Part shown: in pieces, positions 8,089 to 16,330 of the stretch | Layout of the letters: each line of letters starts with the position of its first letter | Numbering within the stretch: the stretch's first letter is position 1 | IMG/VR virus record: IMGVR_UViG_2671180674_000015 | Span: 1-17,240 of that record | Reading direction: 5' to 3' (one strand) | Origin: a virus | Taxonomy: Duplodnaviria > Heunggongvirae > Uroviricota > Caudoviricetes | Length of the DNA stretch: 17,240 nt | Made by a program: the position numbers and the translations under genes | The notes under the pieces: generated by a model | Database searches by the model: none | Seen by the model: the letters and a program-made list of their open reading frames with translations, nothing else | What the model was told of the DNA's origin: nothing

Positions 8089-8748
8089 ATGAAAATGAAA
8101 TGGTATGAACTGGCTAGATCCAGAATGAAAGAGCTCGGCATAACTCAAGAGAAGTTAGCCGAAGAACTAGGTATGACGCAGGGTGGGATTGGACACTGGT
8201 TGCGCGGATCTCGTCATCCATCTCTTAGTGATATTGGTGTGGTGTTTAAATACCTTGGTATTGATAACATATCATTCAACCACGACGGGACATTTTCACC
8301 TGTTGGCGAATACTCATCGGCCCCAGTTAAAAAACAATATGAGTACCCTGTTTTTTCTCATGTTCAGGCTGGGATGTTCTCTCCAGAACTCAGAACCTTT
8401 ACCAAAGGCGATGCGGAGAGATTGGTAAGCACAACCAAAAAAGCCAGTGACTCTGCATTCTGGCTTGAGGTTGAAGGTAACTCAATGACCGCACCAACAG
8501 GTTCCAAGCCCAGCTTTCCTGACGGGATGTTAATTCTGGTTGACCCTGAGCAGGCTGTTGAGCCAGGCGATTTCTGTATAGCCAGACTTGGTGGTGATGA
8601 GTTTACCTTCAAGAAACTGATCAGGGATAGCGGTCAGGTGTTTCTACAGCCACTAAACCCACAATACCCAATGATCCCATGCAATGAGAGTTGTTCCGTT
8701 GTGGGGAAAGTTATCGCTAGTCAGTGGCCTGAAGAGACGTTTGGGTGA
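8089..8748 (+). CDS. cI: CI prophage repressor, chimeric: heterologous N-terminal HTH domain with lambda-like linker and S24 autocleavage C-terminal domain
   Basis: From [17 protein letters not shown] through the C-terminal ...[12 protein letters not shown] it matches lambda CI (Ala-Gly cleavage site, Ser in GNSM, Lys in KKL). The N-terminal [24 protein letters not shown] is not lambda-like. ATG at 8089 (or 8095). Confidence 0.85.
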   Translation: MKMKWYELARSRMKELGITQEKLAEELGMTQGGIGHWLRGSRHPSLSDIGVVFKYLGIDNISFNHDGTFSPVGEYSSAPVKKQYEYPVFSHVQAGMFSPELRTFTKGDAERLVSTTKKASDSAFWLEVEGNSMTAPTGSKPSFPDGMLILVDPEQAVEPGDFCIARLGGDEFTFKKLIRDSGQVFLQPLNPQYPMIPCNESCSVVGKVIASQWPEETFG

Positions 8749-8794
8749 CAAGAAGCACAGGTATTAACAATAACTTTCATGGTGATACGAATCA

Positions 8795-9337
8795 GTGGCT
8801 AAAAAAGGCGACTTTAAGCCTACCCAGAAAGAGGTTGACCAAGCTATTACTCGCTTGAAAAAAGTAACTTTTAGCGGAGTTACATGGACCGGAAGTGAGG
8901 GACGAACCCCAATCTGGTTTAAATTGGATCTCAAAGCTTTTGATGAAATTGGCAACCCAATCACAGGCATAAGATTTATGCTTCACTGGCGTCCTCCTAT
9001 CGTTGAAGGGGTGGATATAGTGAAGATTTCATTTGTGATGTTTCTTCATGACAGGCGCATTTACGCGCTTGACCCGTACCCTGCGGATAACAAGCCACAC
9101 CGTAATAAATCTATAGTGAACCATCCAGATTTTGTTGAGGTGGCTCGAGGTCCTCACTATCACATGTACTTCGAATCAGCTGGGGAAGAAATTGCACTTA
9201 AGCTTGAAACGAACATCAAGCCAGATGATTTTTTTGGCTACTGGAATTATTTTTGCGAGGCGCTTAATATCATATATGAAGGCAGCCCACCTTTACCTAA
9301 TCAAGATAAATCAGGTCAGCTATCATGGGAAATGTAA
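8795..9337 (+). CDS. Hypothetical protein (180 aa), first gene of an unknown two-gene cassette in the rexA/rexB position
   Basis: ORF opens with GTG at 8795, 46 nt after the cI stop and with no intervening terminator. No motif I recognise. 3' end overlaps the next ORF by 13 nt. Confidence 0.55.
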   Translation: MAKKGDFKPTQKEVDQAITRLKKVTFSGVTWTGSEGRTPIWFKLDLKAFDEIGNPITGIRFMLHWRPPIVEGVDIVKISFVMFLHDRRIYALDPYPADNKPHRNKSIVNHPDFVEVARGPHYHMYFESAGEEIALKLETNIKPDDFFGYWNYFCEALNIIYEGSPPLPNQDKSGQLSWEM

Positions 9338-10101
9338 CGTGTTCAACAGTCATATCTAAGCTCGGGTTTGAATGCCACCCAATGAGCGACACGTTGCTGC
9401 GCGTTATTAGTCCCTTCACATACTACGATGATTGTGAGCAGATAAGTGTATTCGTTCAAGAGATGGGTGGTCAGTATAGGGTTACAGACTACTGCGATAC
9501 ATTGATGAATATTGAATCACGCGGCATCCACCTGACTAAAAAGAAAATTGATCTGATCAGGTCATCACTCGCTTCGCAAGGAATTTCATTAAATGACTCT
9601 GGAGAGATATCTGCGTGGGCAGATGAGTCGTCCGTTGGACAGGTAACTGCAAATGTTATTCGTGGTGGGATTCTTGCATCCGCCCAAACTGCTGATTGGT
9701 ATGCTGAGGTCAAAGACGATAAGTTCGAAAAATGTGTAATCAGTTACTTAAAATCAGCAGGGCTTGGGAAGCGACTAGCCTTAAAGGAAAAAGTGAAAGG
9801 TATTAGTGGGCATAACATTACTGTTCCGTTAACGCTAAGGAATGAGTCTCGACTAATACCACCAAAACGCGGGTTTACGGTAAGCCTTGCCAGCAGTAAG
9901 GGATGGAATACTGCCCACTCAACAGTTGGGAAGATTGTTGACTTAAGTCAGGTCGTTCCTGACATAAACAATAGATTTGTAATAGTTGACAGCGATGGGT
10001 TAACACCTGAGCTACAGCAACTATCACTACTATTTAATGATACCGCACGAGTGTTGCCATTCCATACCAGAGACTCTTGGATTGAGTCTCTGGTAGCCTA
10101 G
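9325..10101 (+). CDS. Hypothetical protein (258 aa from ATG 9325; alternative ATG 9382), second gene of the cassette
   Basis: Long ORF overlapping the upstream ORF's stop, followed directly by a strong terminator. No recognised catalytic motif. Confidence 0.55.
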   Translation: MGNVTCSTVISKLGFECHPMSDTLLRVISPFTYYDDCEQISVFVQEMGGQYRVTDYCDTLMNIESRGIHLTKKKIDLIRSSLASQGISLNDSGEISAWADESSVGQVTANVIRGGILASAQTADWYAEVKDDKFEKCVISYLKSAGLGKRLALKEKVKGISGHNITVPLTLRNESRLIPPKRGFTVSLASSKGWNTAHSTVGKIVDLSQVVPDINNRFVIVDSDGLTPELQQLSLLFNDTARVLPFHTRDSWIESLVA

Positions 10102-10133
10102 AAAAACCCGGCCTCAGCGCCGGGTTTTCTTTG
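10102..10133 (+). terminator. Intrinsic terminator after the immunity-region cassette (t-imm-like)
   Basis: GAAAAACCCGGC-ctcagc-GCCGGGTTTTCTTTG starting right after the TAG stop. Confidence 0.65.
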
Positions 10134-10305
10134 CCTCACGATCGCCCCACCTAAAAACACATAACCAATTGTATTTATTGAAAAATAAATAGATGCAACC
10201 CACTAAACCACGCAATTCTGATCTCTCCTTACATCGCCGAGGCAATACATCCACGCTAAAAAACAACACTATTAAATACAAAGCGTTATAAAAAACCACG
10301 CCAAC

Positions 10306-10356
10306 TTACAACAAATTGTATTGATCTTGTAAAGTACATATCGTACTATTTAACCG
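10306..10356 (+). promoter_or_regulatory. PL promoter with OL operator(s)
   Basis: -35 TTGATC (10321-10326), 17-nt spacer, -10 TACTAT (10344-10349). Palindromic operator AGTACATATCGTACT (10333-10347) overlaps the spacer and -10; a second related site is at 10311-10322. Confidence 0.5.
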
Positions 10357-10394
10357 TCAGCAGGACGCTGGAAGCCAAATGGAACAGACTGGCA

Positions 10395-10440
10395 GGCTCT
10401 TTAAACAACGTCGACTCTCGACTACGTGGCTGAAAAGCCA
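10395..10440 (+). promoter_or_regulatory. Putative nutL (boxA GGCTCTTTAAACAA, intervening hairpin GTCGA-ctc-TCGAC, boxB TGGCT-GAAA-AGCCA)
   Basis: BoxA-like sequence about 40 nt downstream of the predicted PL start, then a 5-bp stem with GAAA loop. Architecture parallels the nutR candidate. Confidence 0.45.
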
Positions 10441-10538
10441 GATCACCCAACCACATAAGCTGTGGGATGCAATGCCGAAGCAACCGTCTCAGGAGGAGCT
10501 TCGAGATTGCATCGCCAAAGTTTATTCGGGAGGAATCC

Positions 10539-10811
10539 ATGTCCAGAAAAACAGAATTTAAAGGCACCGCAGCTTCTCGCCGTAGAGCTCGTCGCGCAAA
10601 TCTGCAAAGTCAGGAGGCGATCAGCTCCGACAAGCTACACAGGCCAACCCCTTCACGAGTGGTCTTGCAATGCAAGCGCAAACCAGCAATGAGAGCAGAA
10701 GTGATAACTCTGACAACGTTGACCAGAAAATATGAAGGTTCAACTTGTCTTCCGAACGTAGCTCTTTACGCGGCAGGCTACCGGAAATCAAAACAACTGA
10801 CGGCGAGATGA
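10539..10811 (+). CDS. N: N-type transcription antiterminator (arginine-rich motif; P22 gene 24-like C-terminus)
   Basis: 90 aa from ATG 10539 with RBS GGGAGGA. N-terminal ARM GTAASRRRARRA; C-terminal ...LPNVALYAAGYRKSKQLTAR. First gene downstream of PL and nutL. Confidence 0.75.
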   Translation: MSRKTEFKGTAASRRRARRANLQSQEAISSDKLHRPTPSRVVLQCKRKPAMRAEVITLTTLTRKYEGSTCLPNVALYAAGYRKSKQLTAR

Positions 10812-10827
10812 TAAATTCATTTGCTAA

Positions 10828-11409
10828 TTACTTGTTTTTGCCATGCTTATCCTGAGCGATAAGTTCATCCATAAGGCTGTCTGCCTTCCCGGCAAACCGA
10901 ATGTAGCACTCATTTCTATAGCGTTCCGGGATAACAAAACGGTCGATTTCAGGATATCCAGTAGCAGAAGGTATCCGAATAAGAAGCCCTTTTTCGAGCA
11001 ATGAGATTGCTTCAGGGCTTCCCTTTTCTGTCTTTAGCTGGTTATTCGCGGCTACAGCGAATGCCAAATACGCTCTTTCTCCAAGAGTTAACGAATCAAA
11101 CAAATCTTGCACATATTTTTCTTCTTTAGATTTGCGCTTCTGAGCAGCGGATACCTCAATTCTTTCAGTCACAGCGTGATAAGCGGAATTAACAACACCG
11201 TTAAGCACATAGCTAACGCAGAACAACAGGATGTAATACATCCAATAATAAGGAAGGATTTCTGGATTATGCAGGTTTATCCATTCTTTTACGCTTACCG
11301 GCATAACAATAATCAATATGATCAGGATGATTAGCATATGAATCAACTGTTTAAGTGTCATTCCTTGCAGGAAAAAATGCATTAGTTCCTGCCACCATGA
11401 GTTGTTCAT
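10828..11409 (-). CDS. sieB: Superinfection exclusion protein B (SieB)-like membrane protein
   Basis: 193 aa, hydrophobic N-terminal segment LIHMLIILIILIIVMPV. Convergent with and directly abutting N, as lambda sieB is. Confidence 0.7.
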   Translation of the reverse strand: MNNSWWQELMHFFLQGMTLKQLIHMLIILIILIIVMPVSVKEWINLHNPEILPYYWMYYILLFCVSYVLNGVVNSAYHAVTERIEVSAAQKRKSKEEKYVQDLFDSLTLGERAYLAFAVAANNQLKTEKGSPEAISLLEKGLLIRIPSATGYPEIDRFVIPERYRNECYIRFAGKADSLMDELIAQDKHGKNK

Positions 11410-11552
11410 CGGCGTTTCTCTTTTGCTCTCTGTAGGGGTGAATAGAGTTTATCCGATTTCTCGCTGTAGGGGTACACGAGAACCACCGAGCCTGATGTGG
11501 TTAAAAGACAGGCACAATCTTTACTACCGCAATCCACTATTTAAGGTGATAT

Positions 11553-11639
11553 ATGGAAGAAGAATTTGAAGAGTTCGAAGAGCATCCTCAGGATGTGATG
11601 GAACAATACCAGGACTATCCGTATGACTACGACTATTGA
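11553..11639 (+). CDS. Small acidic ORF (28 aa), lambda orf28-like
   Basis: Reads MEEEFEEFEEHPQDVMEQYQDYPYDYDY. Its 3' end overlaps the ral start. Confidence 0.4.
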   Translation: MEEEFEEFEEHPQDVMEQYQDYPYDYDY

Positions 11640-11823
11640 TAAAAATCAATGGTGTGGACAATTCAAGCGATGCAATGGATGCAAGCTGCAATCGGAATGC
11701 ATGGTTAAGCCTGAAGAAATGTTTCCTGTAATGGAAGATGGGAAATATGTCGATAAATGGGCAATACGAACGACGGCAATGATTGCCAGAGAACTTGGTA
11801 AACAGAACAACAAAGCTGCCTGA
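11623..11823 (+). CDS. ral: Ral restriction-alleviation protein
   Basis: 66 aa, MTTTIDKNQWCGQFKRCNGCKLQSEC..., matches lambda Ral from memory; lambda gene order. Confidence 0.8.
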   Translation: MTTTIDKNQWCGQFKRCNGCKLQSECMVKPEEMFPVMEDGKYVDKWAIRTTAMIARELGKQNNKAA

Positions 11824-11957
11824 TAGTGGCCTTTATTTTTGGCATAAATAACAGAATAAACACTGCACTGTGTATTCATTCCAACGAGTGAATACACGGA
11901 GCAATGTCGCTCGTAACTAAACAGGAGCCGACTTGTTCTGATTATTGGAAATCTTCT

Positions 11958-11986
11958 TTGCCCTCCAATGTGAGGGCGATTTTTTA
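11958..11986 (+). terminator. Candidate intrinsic terminator or attenuator upstream of ea10 (tL2-like)
   Basis: GCCCTC-caatgt-GAGGGC followed by GATTTTTTA. Confidence 0.45.
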
Positions 11987-12005
11987 TCTGTGAGGATATG
12001 AACAG

Positions 12006-12374
12006 ATGTCAAACATCAAAAAATACATCATTGATTACGACTGGAAAGCATCAATAGAAATTGAAATCGACCATGACGTAATGACAGAGGAAAAACTTCA
12101 CCAGATTAATAATTTCTGGTCAGACTCTGAATACCGACTCAATAAACACGGCTCTTTATTAAATGCTGTATTAATCATGCTGGCGCAACATGCTCTGCTT
12201 ATAGCAATTTCAAGCGACTTAAATGCATATGGTGTTGTGTGTGAGTTCGACTGGAATGATGGAAATGGTCAGGAAGGATGGCCTCCAATGGATGGTAGCG
12301 AAGGAATAAGAATTACCGATATCGATACATCAGGAATATTTGATTCAGATGATATGACTATCAAAGCCGCCTGA
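12006..12374 (+). CDS. ea10: Ea10-like protein
   Basis: 122 aa, RBS GAGGA, located between ral and cIII as in lambda. Confidence 0.65.
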   Translation: MSNIKKYIIDYDWKASIEIEIDHDVMTEEKLHQINNFWSDSEYRLNKHGSLLNAVLIMLAQHALLIAISSDLNAYGVVCEFDWNDGNGQEGWPPMDGSEGIRITDIDTSGIFDSDDMTIKAA

Positions 12375-12446
12375 GCGCTGCGTTACCGCATACCAATAAC
12401 GCTTCACTCGAGGCGTTTTTCGTTATGTATAAATAAGGAGCACACC

Positions 12447-12611
12447 ATGCAATATGCCATTGCAGGGTGGCCTGTTGCTGGCTGCTCTTCCGAATCTTTA
12501 CTTGAACGAATCACCCGTAAATTACGTGACGGATGGAAACGCCTTATCGACATACTTAATCAGCCAGGAGTCCCAAAAAATGGATCAAACACTTATGGCT
12601 ATCCAGACTAA
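12447..12611 (+). CDS. cIII: CIII (FtsH inhibitor that stabilises CII)
   Basis: 54 aa, [54 protein letters not shown]. Below the ORF-track cut-off. Confidence 0.8.
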   Translation: MQYAIAGWPVAGCSSESLLERITRKLRDGWKRLIDILNQPGVPKNGSNTYGYPD

Positions 12612-12723
12612 ATTCACTATCGCCACTTTTATTGGCGATGAAAAGATGTTTCGTGAGGCCGTCGACGCTTATAAAAAATGGATATTAATACTGAAACTGA
12701 GATCAAGCAAAAGCATTCACTAA
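12580..12723 (+). CDS. kil: Kil (host cell-division inhibitor)
   Basis: 47 aa, [47 protein letters not shown]; overlaps the cIII 3' end and the gam 5' end. Confidence 0.75.
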   Translation: MDQTLMAIQTKFTIATFIGDEKMFREAVDAYKKWILILKLRSSKSIH

Positions 12724-13094
12724 CCCCCTTTCCTGTTTTCCTAATCAGCCCGGCATTTCGCGGGCGATATTTTCACAGCTATTTCAGGAGTTCAGCCATG
12801 AACGCTTATTACATTCAGGATCGTCTTGAGGCTCAGAGCTGGGCGCGTCACTACCAGCAGATCGCCCGTGAAGAGAAAGAGGCAGAACTGGCAGACGACA
12901 TGGAAAAAGGCCTGCCCCAGCACCTGTTTGAATCGCTATGCATCGATCATTTGCAACGCCACGGGGCCAGCAAAAAAGCCATTACCCGTGCGTTTGATGA
13001 CGATGTTGAGTTTCAGGAACGCATGGCAGAACACATCCGGTACATGGTTGAAACTATTGCTCGCCACCAGGTTGATATTGATTCAGAGGTATAA
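12678..13094 (+). CDS. gam: Gam (RecBCD inhibitor)
   Basis: 138 aa, near-identical to lambda Gam from memory; internal start MNAYYIQ for the short form. Confidence 0.9.
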   Translation: MDINTETEIKQKHSLTPFPVFLISPAFRGRYFHSYFRSSAMNAYYIQDRLEAQSWARHYQQIAREEKEAELADDMEKGLPQHLFESLCIDHLQRHGASKKAITRAFDDDVEFQERMAEHIRYMVETIARHQVDIDSEV

Positions 13095-13099
13095 AACGG

Positions 13100-13885
13100 A
13101 TGAGTACAGCACTCGCAACGCTGGCAGGGAAGCTGGCTGAACGTGTCGGCATGGATTCTGTCGACCCACAGGAACTGATCACCACTCTTCGCCAGACGGC
13201 ATTTAAAGGTGATGCCAGCGATGCGCAGTTCATCGCATTGTTGATCGTCGCCAACCAGTACGGCCTTAATCCGTGGACGAAAGAAATTTACGCCTTCCCT
13301 GACAAGCAGAACGGCATCGTTCCGGTGGTGGGCGTTGATGGCTGGTCCCGTATCATCAATGAAAACCAGCAGTTTGATGGCATGGACTTTGAGCAGGACA
13401 ATGAATCATGTACATGCCGGATTTACCGCAAGGACCGTAATCATCCGATCTGCGTTACCGAGTGGATGGATGAATGCCGCCGCGAACCATTCAAAACCCG
13501 CGAAGGCAGAGAAATCACCGGACCGTGGCAGTCGCATCCCAAACGGATGTTACGGCATAAAGCCATGATTCAGTGTGCCCGTCTGGCCTTCGGATTTGCT
13601 GGTATCTATGACAAGGATGAAGCCGAGCGCATTGTCGAAAATACCGCATACACTGCAGAACGTCAGCCGGAACGCGACATCACTCCGGTTAACGATGAAA
13701 CCATGCAGGAGATTAACACTCTGCTGATTGCCCTGGACAAAACATGGGATGACGACTTATTGCCGCTCTGTTCCCAGATATTTCGCCGCGACATTCGCGC
13801 ATCGTCAGAACTGACACAGGCCGAAGCAGTGAAAGCTCTTGGATTCCTGAAACAGAAAGCCTCTGAACAGAAGGTGGCTGCATGA
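13100..13885 (+). CDS. bet: Bet (Red-beta single-strand annealing protein)
   Basis: 261 aa, matches lambda Bet. Confidence 0.9.
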   Translation: MSTALATLAGKLAERVGMDSVDPQELITTLRQTAFKGDASDAQFIALLIVANQYGLNPWTKEIYAFPDKQNGIVPVVGVDGWSRIINENQQFDGMDFEQDNESCTCRIYRKDRNHPICVTEWMDECRREPFKTREGREITGPWQSHPKRMLRHKAMIQCARLAFGFAGIYDKDEAERIVENTAYTAERQPERDITPVNDETMQEINTLLIALDKTWDDDLLPLCSQIFRRDIRASSELTQAEAVKALGFLKQKASEQKVAA

Positions 13886-14562
13886 CACCGGACATTATCC
13901 TGCAGCGTACCGGGATCGACGTGAGAGCTGTCGAACAGGGGGATGATGCGTGGCACAAATTACGGCTCGGCGTCATCACCGCTTCAGAAGTTCACAATGT
14001 GATAGCAAAACCCCGCTCCGGAAAGAAATGGCCTGACATGAAAATGTCCTACTTCCACACCCTGCTTGCCGAGGTTTGCACCGGTGTGGCTCCGGAAGTT
14101 AACGCTAAGGCGCTGGCCTGGGGAAAACAGTACGAGAACGACGCCAGAGCCCTCTTTGAGTTCACTTCCGGCGTGAATGTTACTGAATCCCCGATCATCT
14201 ATCGCGACGAAAGTATGCGCACCGCCTGCTCTCCCGATGGTTTATGCAGTGACGGCAATGGCCTTGAACTGAAATGCCCGTTTACCTCACGGGATTTCAT
14301 GAAGTTCCGGCTCGGTGGTTTCGAGGCCATAAAATCGGCTTACATGGCCCAGGTGCAGTACAGCATGTGGGTGACACGAAAAGATGCCTGGTACTTTGCC
14401 AACTATGACCCGCGTATGAAGCGTGAAGGCCTGCATTATGTCGTGATTGAGCGGGATGAAAAGTACATGGCGAGTTTTGACGAGATGGTGCCGGAGTTCA
14501 TCGAAAAAATGGACGAGGCACTGGCTGAAATTGGTTTTGTATTTGGGGAGCAATGGCGATGA
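13882..14562 (+). CDS. exo: Exo (lambda exonuclease, Red-alpha)
   Basis: 226 aa, matches lambda Exo; start overlaps the bet stop. Confidence 0.9.
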   Translation: MTPDIILQRTGIDVRAVEQGDDAWHKLRLGVITASEVHNVIAKPRSGKKWPDMKMSYFHTLLAEVCTGVAPEVNAKALAWGKQYENDARALFEFTSGVNVTESPIIYRDESMRTACSPDGLCSDGNGLELKCPFTSRDFMKFRLGGFEAIKSAYMAQVQYSMWVTRKDAWYFANYDPRMKREGLHYVVIERDEKYMASFDEMVPEFIEKMDEALAEIGFVFGEQWR

Positions 14563-14741
14563 AGCATCCTCACGATAATATCCGGGTAGGCGCGATCACT
14601 TTCGTCTACTCCGTTACAAAGCGAGGCTGGGTATTTCCCGGCCTTTCTGTTATCCGAAATCCCCTGAAAGCACAGCGGCTGGCTGAGGAGATAAATAATA
14701 AACGGGGAGCTGTATGCACAAAGCATCTCCCGTTGAGTTAA
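14553..14741 (+). CDS. Lambda orf60a-like small protein
   Basis: 62 aa; start overlaps the exo 3' end; lambda-like position. Confidence 0.55.
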   Translation: MAMKHPHDNIRVGAITFVYSVTKRGWVFPGLSVIRNPLKAQRLAEEINNKRGAVCTKHLPLS

Positions 14742-14905
14742 GAACGAGTATCGAGATGGCACATAGCCTCGCTCAAATTGGAGTCAGGTTTGTGCCAATT
14801 CCAGTAGAAACAGACGAAGAATTTCATACGTTAGCCGCATCCCTTTCACAAAAGCTGGAAATGATGGTGGCGAAAGCAGAAGCAGATGAGAGAGACCAGG
14901 TATGA
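14714..14905 (+). CDS. Lambda orf63-like small protein
   Basis: 63 aa, overlaps neighbouring ORFs; lambda-like position. Confidence 0.55.
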   Translation: MHKASPVELRTSIEMAHSLAQIGVRFVPIPVETDEEFHTLAASLSQKLEMMVAKAEADERDQV

Positions 14906-14985
14906 CAACCACTGAATGCATTTTTCTGGTAGCGGGCTTCATATTCTGTGTGCTTATGCTTGCCGACATGGGACTTGTTCAATGA
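14902..14985 (+). CDS. Hydrophobic micro-ORF (27 aa), start and stop overlapping the flanking genes
   Basis: Reads MTTTECIFLVAGFIFCVLMLADMGLVQ; ATGA overlaps at both ends. Confidence 0.3.
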   Translation: MTTTECIFLVAGFIFCVLMLADMGLVQ

Positions 14986-15197
14986 CACCTCAGCAAGAAA
15001 ACGCCCTTCGCAGTATTGCCCGTCAGGCTAATTCTGAAATCAAAAAAGCCAGACAGCAGTTTCCGGATAAAAACGTCGATGACATTTGCCGTAGCGTACT
15101 GAAGAAGCACCGCGAAACGGTAACGCTGATGGGATTCACACCGACTCATTTAAGCCTGGCGATCGGCATGTTAAACGGCGTCTTTAAGGAACGGTGA
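14982..15197 (+). CDS. Lambda orf61-like small protein (alternative longer start at ATG 14916)
   Basis: Reads MTPQQENALRSIARQANSEIKKARQQF...; lambda-like position. Confidence 0.5.
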   Translation: MTPQQENALRSIARQANSEIKKARQQFPDKNVDDICRSVLKKHRETVTLMGFTPTHLSLAIGMLNGVFKER

Positions 15198-15217
15198 GCA
15201 TGAAAAACAAAATCATC

Positions 15218-15243
15218 ATGGAGCTACAGGCTCCTTTTTTATT
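15218..15243 (+). terminator. Weak intrinsic terminator candidate
   Basis: GGAGC-tacag-GCTCC followed by TTTTTTATT. Confidence 0.35.
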
Positions 15244-15295
15244 ATTCGCATTCACCCTCAAGCGTATTAACCAACAATTCAGGGATTAATGAAAG

Positions 15296-15517
15296 ATGGC
15301 AGACATCATTGATTCAGCATCAGAAATTGAAGAATTACAGCGCAACACAGCAATAAAAATGCGCCGCCTGAACCACCAGGCTATATCTGCCACTCATTGT
15401 TGTGAGTGTGGCGATCCGATAGATGAACGAAGACGCCTGGCCGTTCAGGGTTGTCGGACTTGTGCAAGTTGCCAGGAGGATCTGGAACTTATCAGTAAAC
15501 AGAGAGGTTCGAAGTGA
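15296..15517 (+). CDS. TraR/DksA-family C4 zinc-finger protein (lambda orf73-like)
   Basis: 73 aa with CxxC...CxxC (CCECGD ... CRTCASC), typical of TraR/DksA C4 fingers. Confidence 0.7.
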   Translation: MADIIDSASEIEELQRNTAIKMRRLNHQAISATHCCECGDPIDERRRLAVQGCRTCASCQEDLELISKQRGSK

Positions 15518-15727
15518 GCGAAATTAACTAGAAGACAAAGATAAAATCATCGCTGAGCAGGAGAAAATCGCTAACGGAGAAAAGACAGTAAGTCAGTATA
15601 TGAAAACCGCATGATATCATCAGATAAAAATCGATCGTAAAGCGAAATATTAATACCAGAATAAACGAGTCGAGGTAAATTATATTACCTCGATAAATTA
15701 ACTAAAACTTGCCCGCTATATACTATC

Positions 15728-16330
15728 TCATTCAGTATCATCACGCGCGGTCTGTGCATATGTTACTACCGCACCTAATGTATTAATTTTCTTTTCAACA
15801 TAGATAATATTATCGTACTCATAATTGCCATACGGATAGCAAATGCGAATATTCTCATGTAGATCGGGGTCATCCACCTCAGCTCCAGAACAACTTTTTG
15901 AACTACCGGAAGTATACCGATACGGTGCAACATAAGACGATGTCTCTCCAGGCAAAAAATAAGTTAGTGTTGTAAGGGGTATAATCAGAAAAAATCCAGC
16001 AAATATGCACATCCCTGCATAAACCTTAAGGTATGCTGACAGACTCTTCCAGCCGCTTTGTTTTACTATCCCCTTCTTAACCCAAAACAGAGATAACAGA
16101 AAAGCTATTCCCATGCTAAACAGAATGTAATAGTGGGATATACTCTGATTAAGAAACGTGACCCTGTAAATATCTGCCCGCCACCAGAAGAAAAGGAAAA
16201 TAAAGATCAGGCCTGAAACTGTCATGCAAATCAAATAAGGATACGAATCTTTTTTCATGTTTAGCGCCCATAAAATTTTTCCTGCCCCGGACAAATTTAC
16301 CATCCATTTTTTGCGCAGAAAATAGCTCAT
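15728..16330 (-). CDS. Hypothetical integral membrane protein (about 4 TM segments plus Cys/Tyr-rich C-terminal domain); start uncertain (ATG 16330, 16303 or 16258)
   Basis: 200-aa ORF on the strand opposite the PL operon. Hydrophobic stretches LICMTVSGLIFIFLFFWW, ILFSMGIAFLLSLFWV, GMCIFAGFFLIIPLTTL. Followed by hairpin CGAGGTAA/attata/TTACCTCG at 15671-15692. Confidence 0.5.
   Translation of the reverse strand: MSYFLRKKWMVNLSGAGKILWALNMKKDSYPYLICMTVSGLIFIFLFFWWRADIYRVTFLNQSISHYYILFSMGIAFLLSLFWVKKGIVKQSGWKSLSAYLKVYAGMCIFAGFFLIIPLTTLTYFLPGETSSYVAPYRYTSGSSKSCSGAEVDDPDLHENIRICYPYGNYEYDNIIYVEKKINTLGAVVTYAQTARDDTE

Noticed and set aside
7762-8148. Long 128-aa form of the Cro-like ORF
   Set aside because: The extension runs through the divergent operator/promoter region and is very hydrophobic with low complexity. 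A shorter ORF from ATG 7977 with a GGAGGG RBS gives a typical 71-aa Cro.
10114-10299. 61-aa minus-strand ORF in the gap between the cassette terminator and PL
   Set aside because: AT-rich regulatory spacer, no RBS, hydrophobic low-complexity translation, and oriented against both flanking transcription units.
10346-10567. ORFs overlapping the PL leader and nutL (10379-10561 plus strand, 10346-10567 minus strand) and the longer N form from 10467
   Set aside because: They cover the promoter-proximal nut region. N has a clear ATG at 10539 with a strong RBS; the other frames lack RBSs.
11646-11897. 83-aa minus-strand ORF antisense to ral
   Set aside because: Overlaps the confidently identified ral gene and an intergenic hairpin; no RBS.
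12454-12723. 89-aa ORF starting at 12454
   Set aside because: Its N-terminal part is the +1 frame of cIII. The real product is the 47-aa Kil from ATG 12580 in the same frame.
13663-13979. Minus-strand ORFs antisense to bet and exo (13663-13956, 13713-13979; also 14287-14553, 14436-14762, 13335-13568)
   Set aside because: They overlap well-supported bet and exo coding sequence and read as alternate-frame artefacts.
15200-15289. 29-aa ORF immediately after the orf61-like gene
   Set aside because: It contains the terminator-like hairpin and T-run, has no RBS, and is more likely untranslated terminator sequence.
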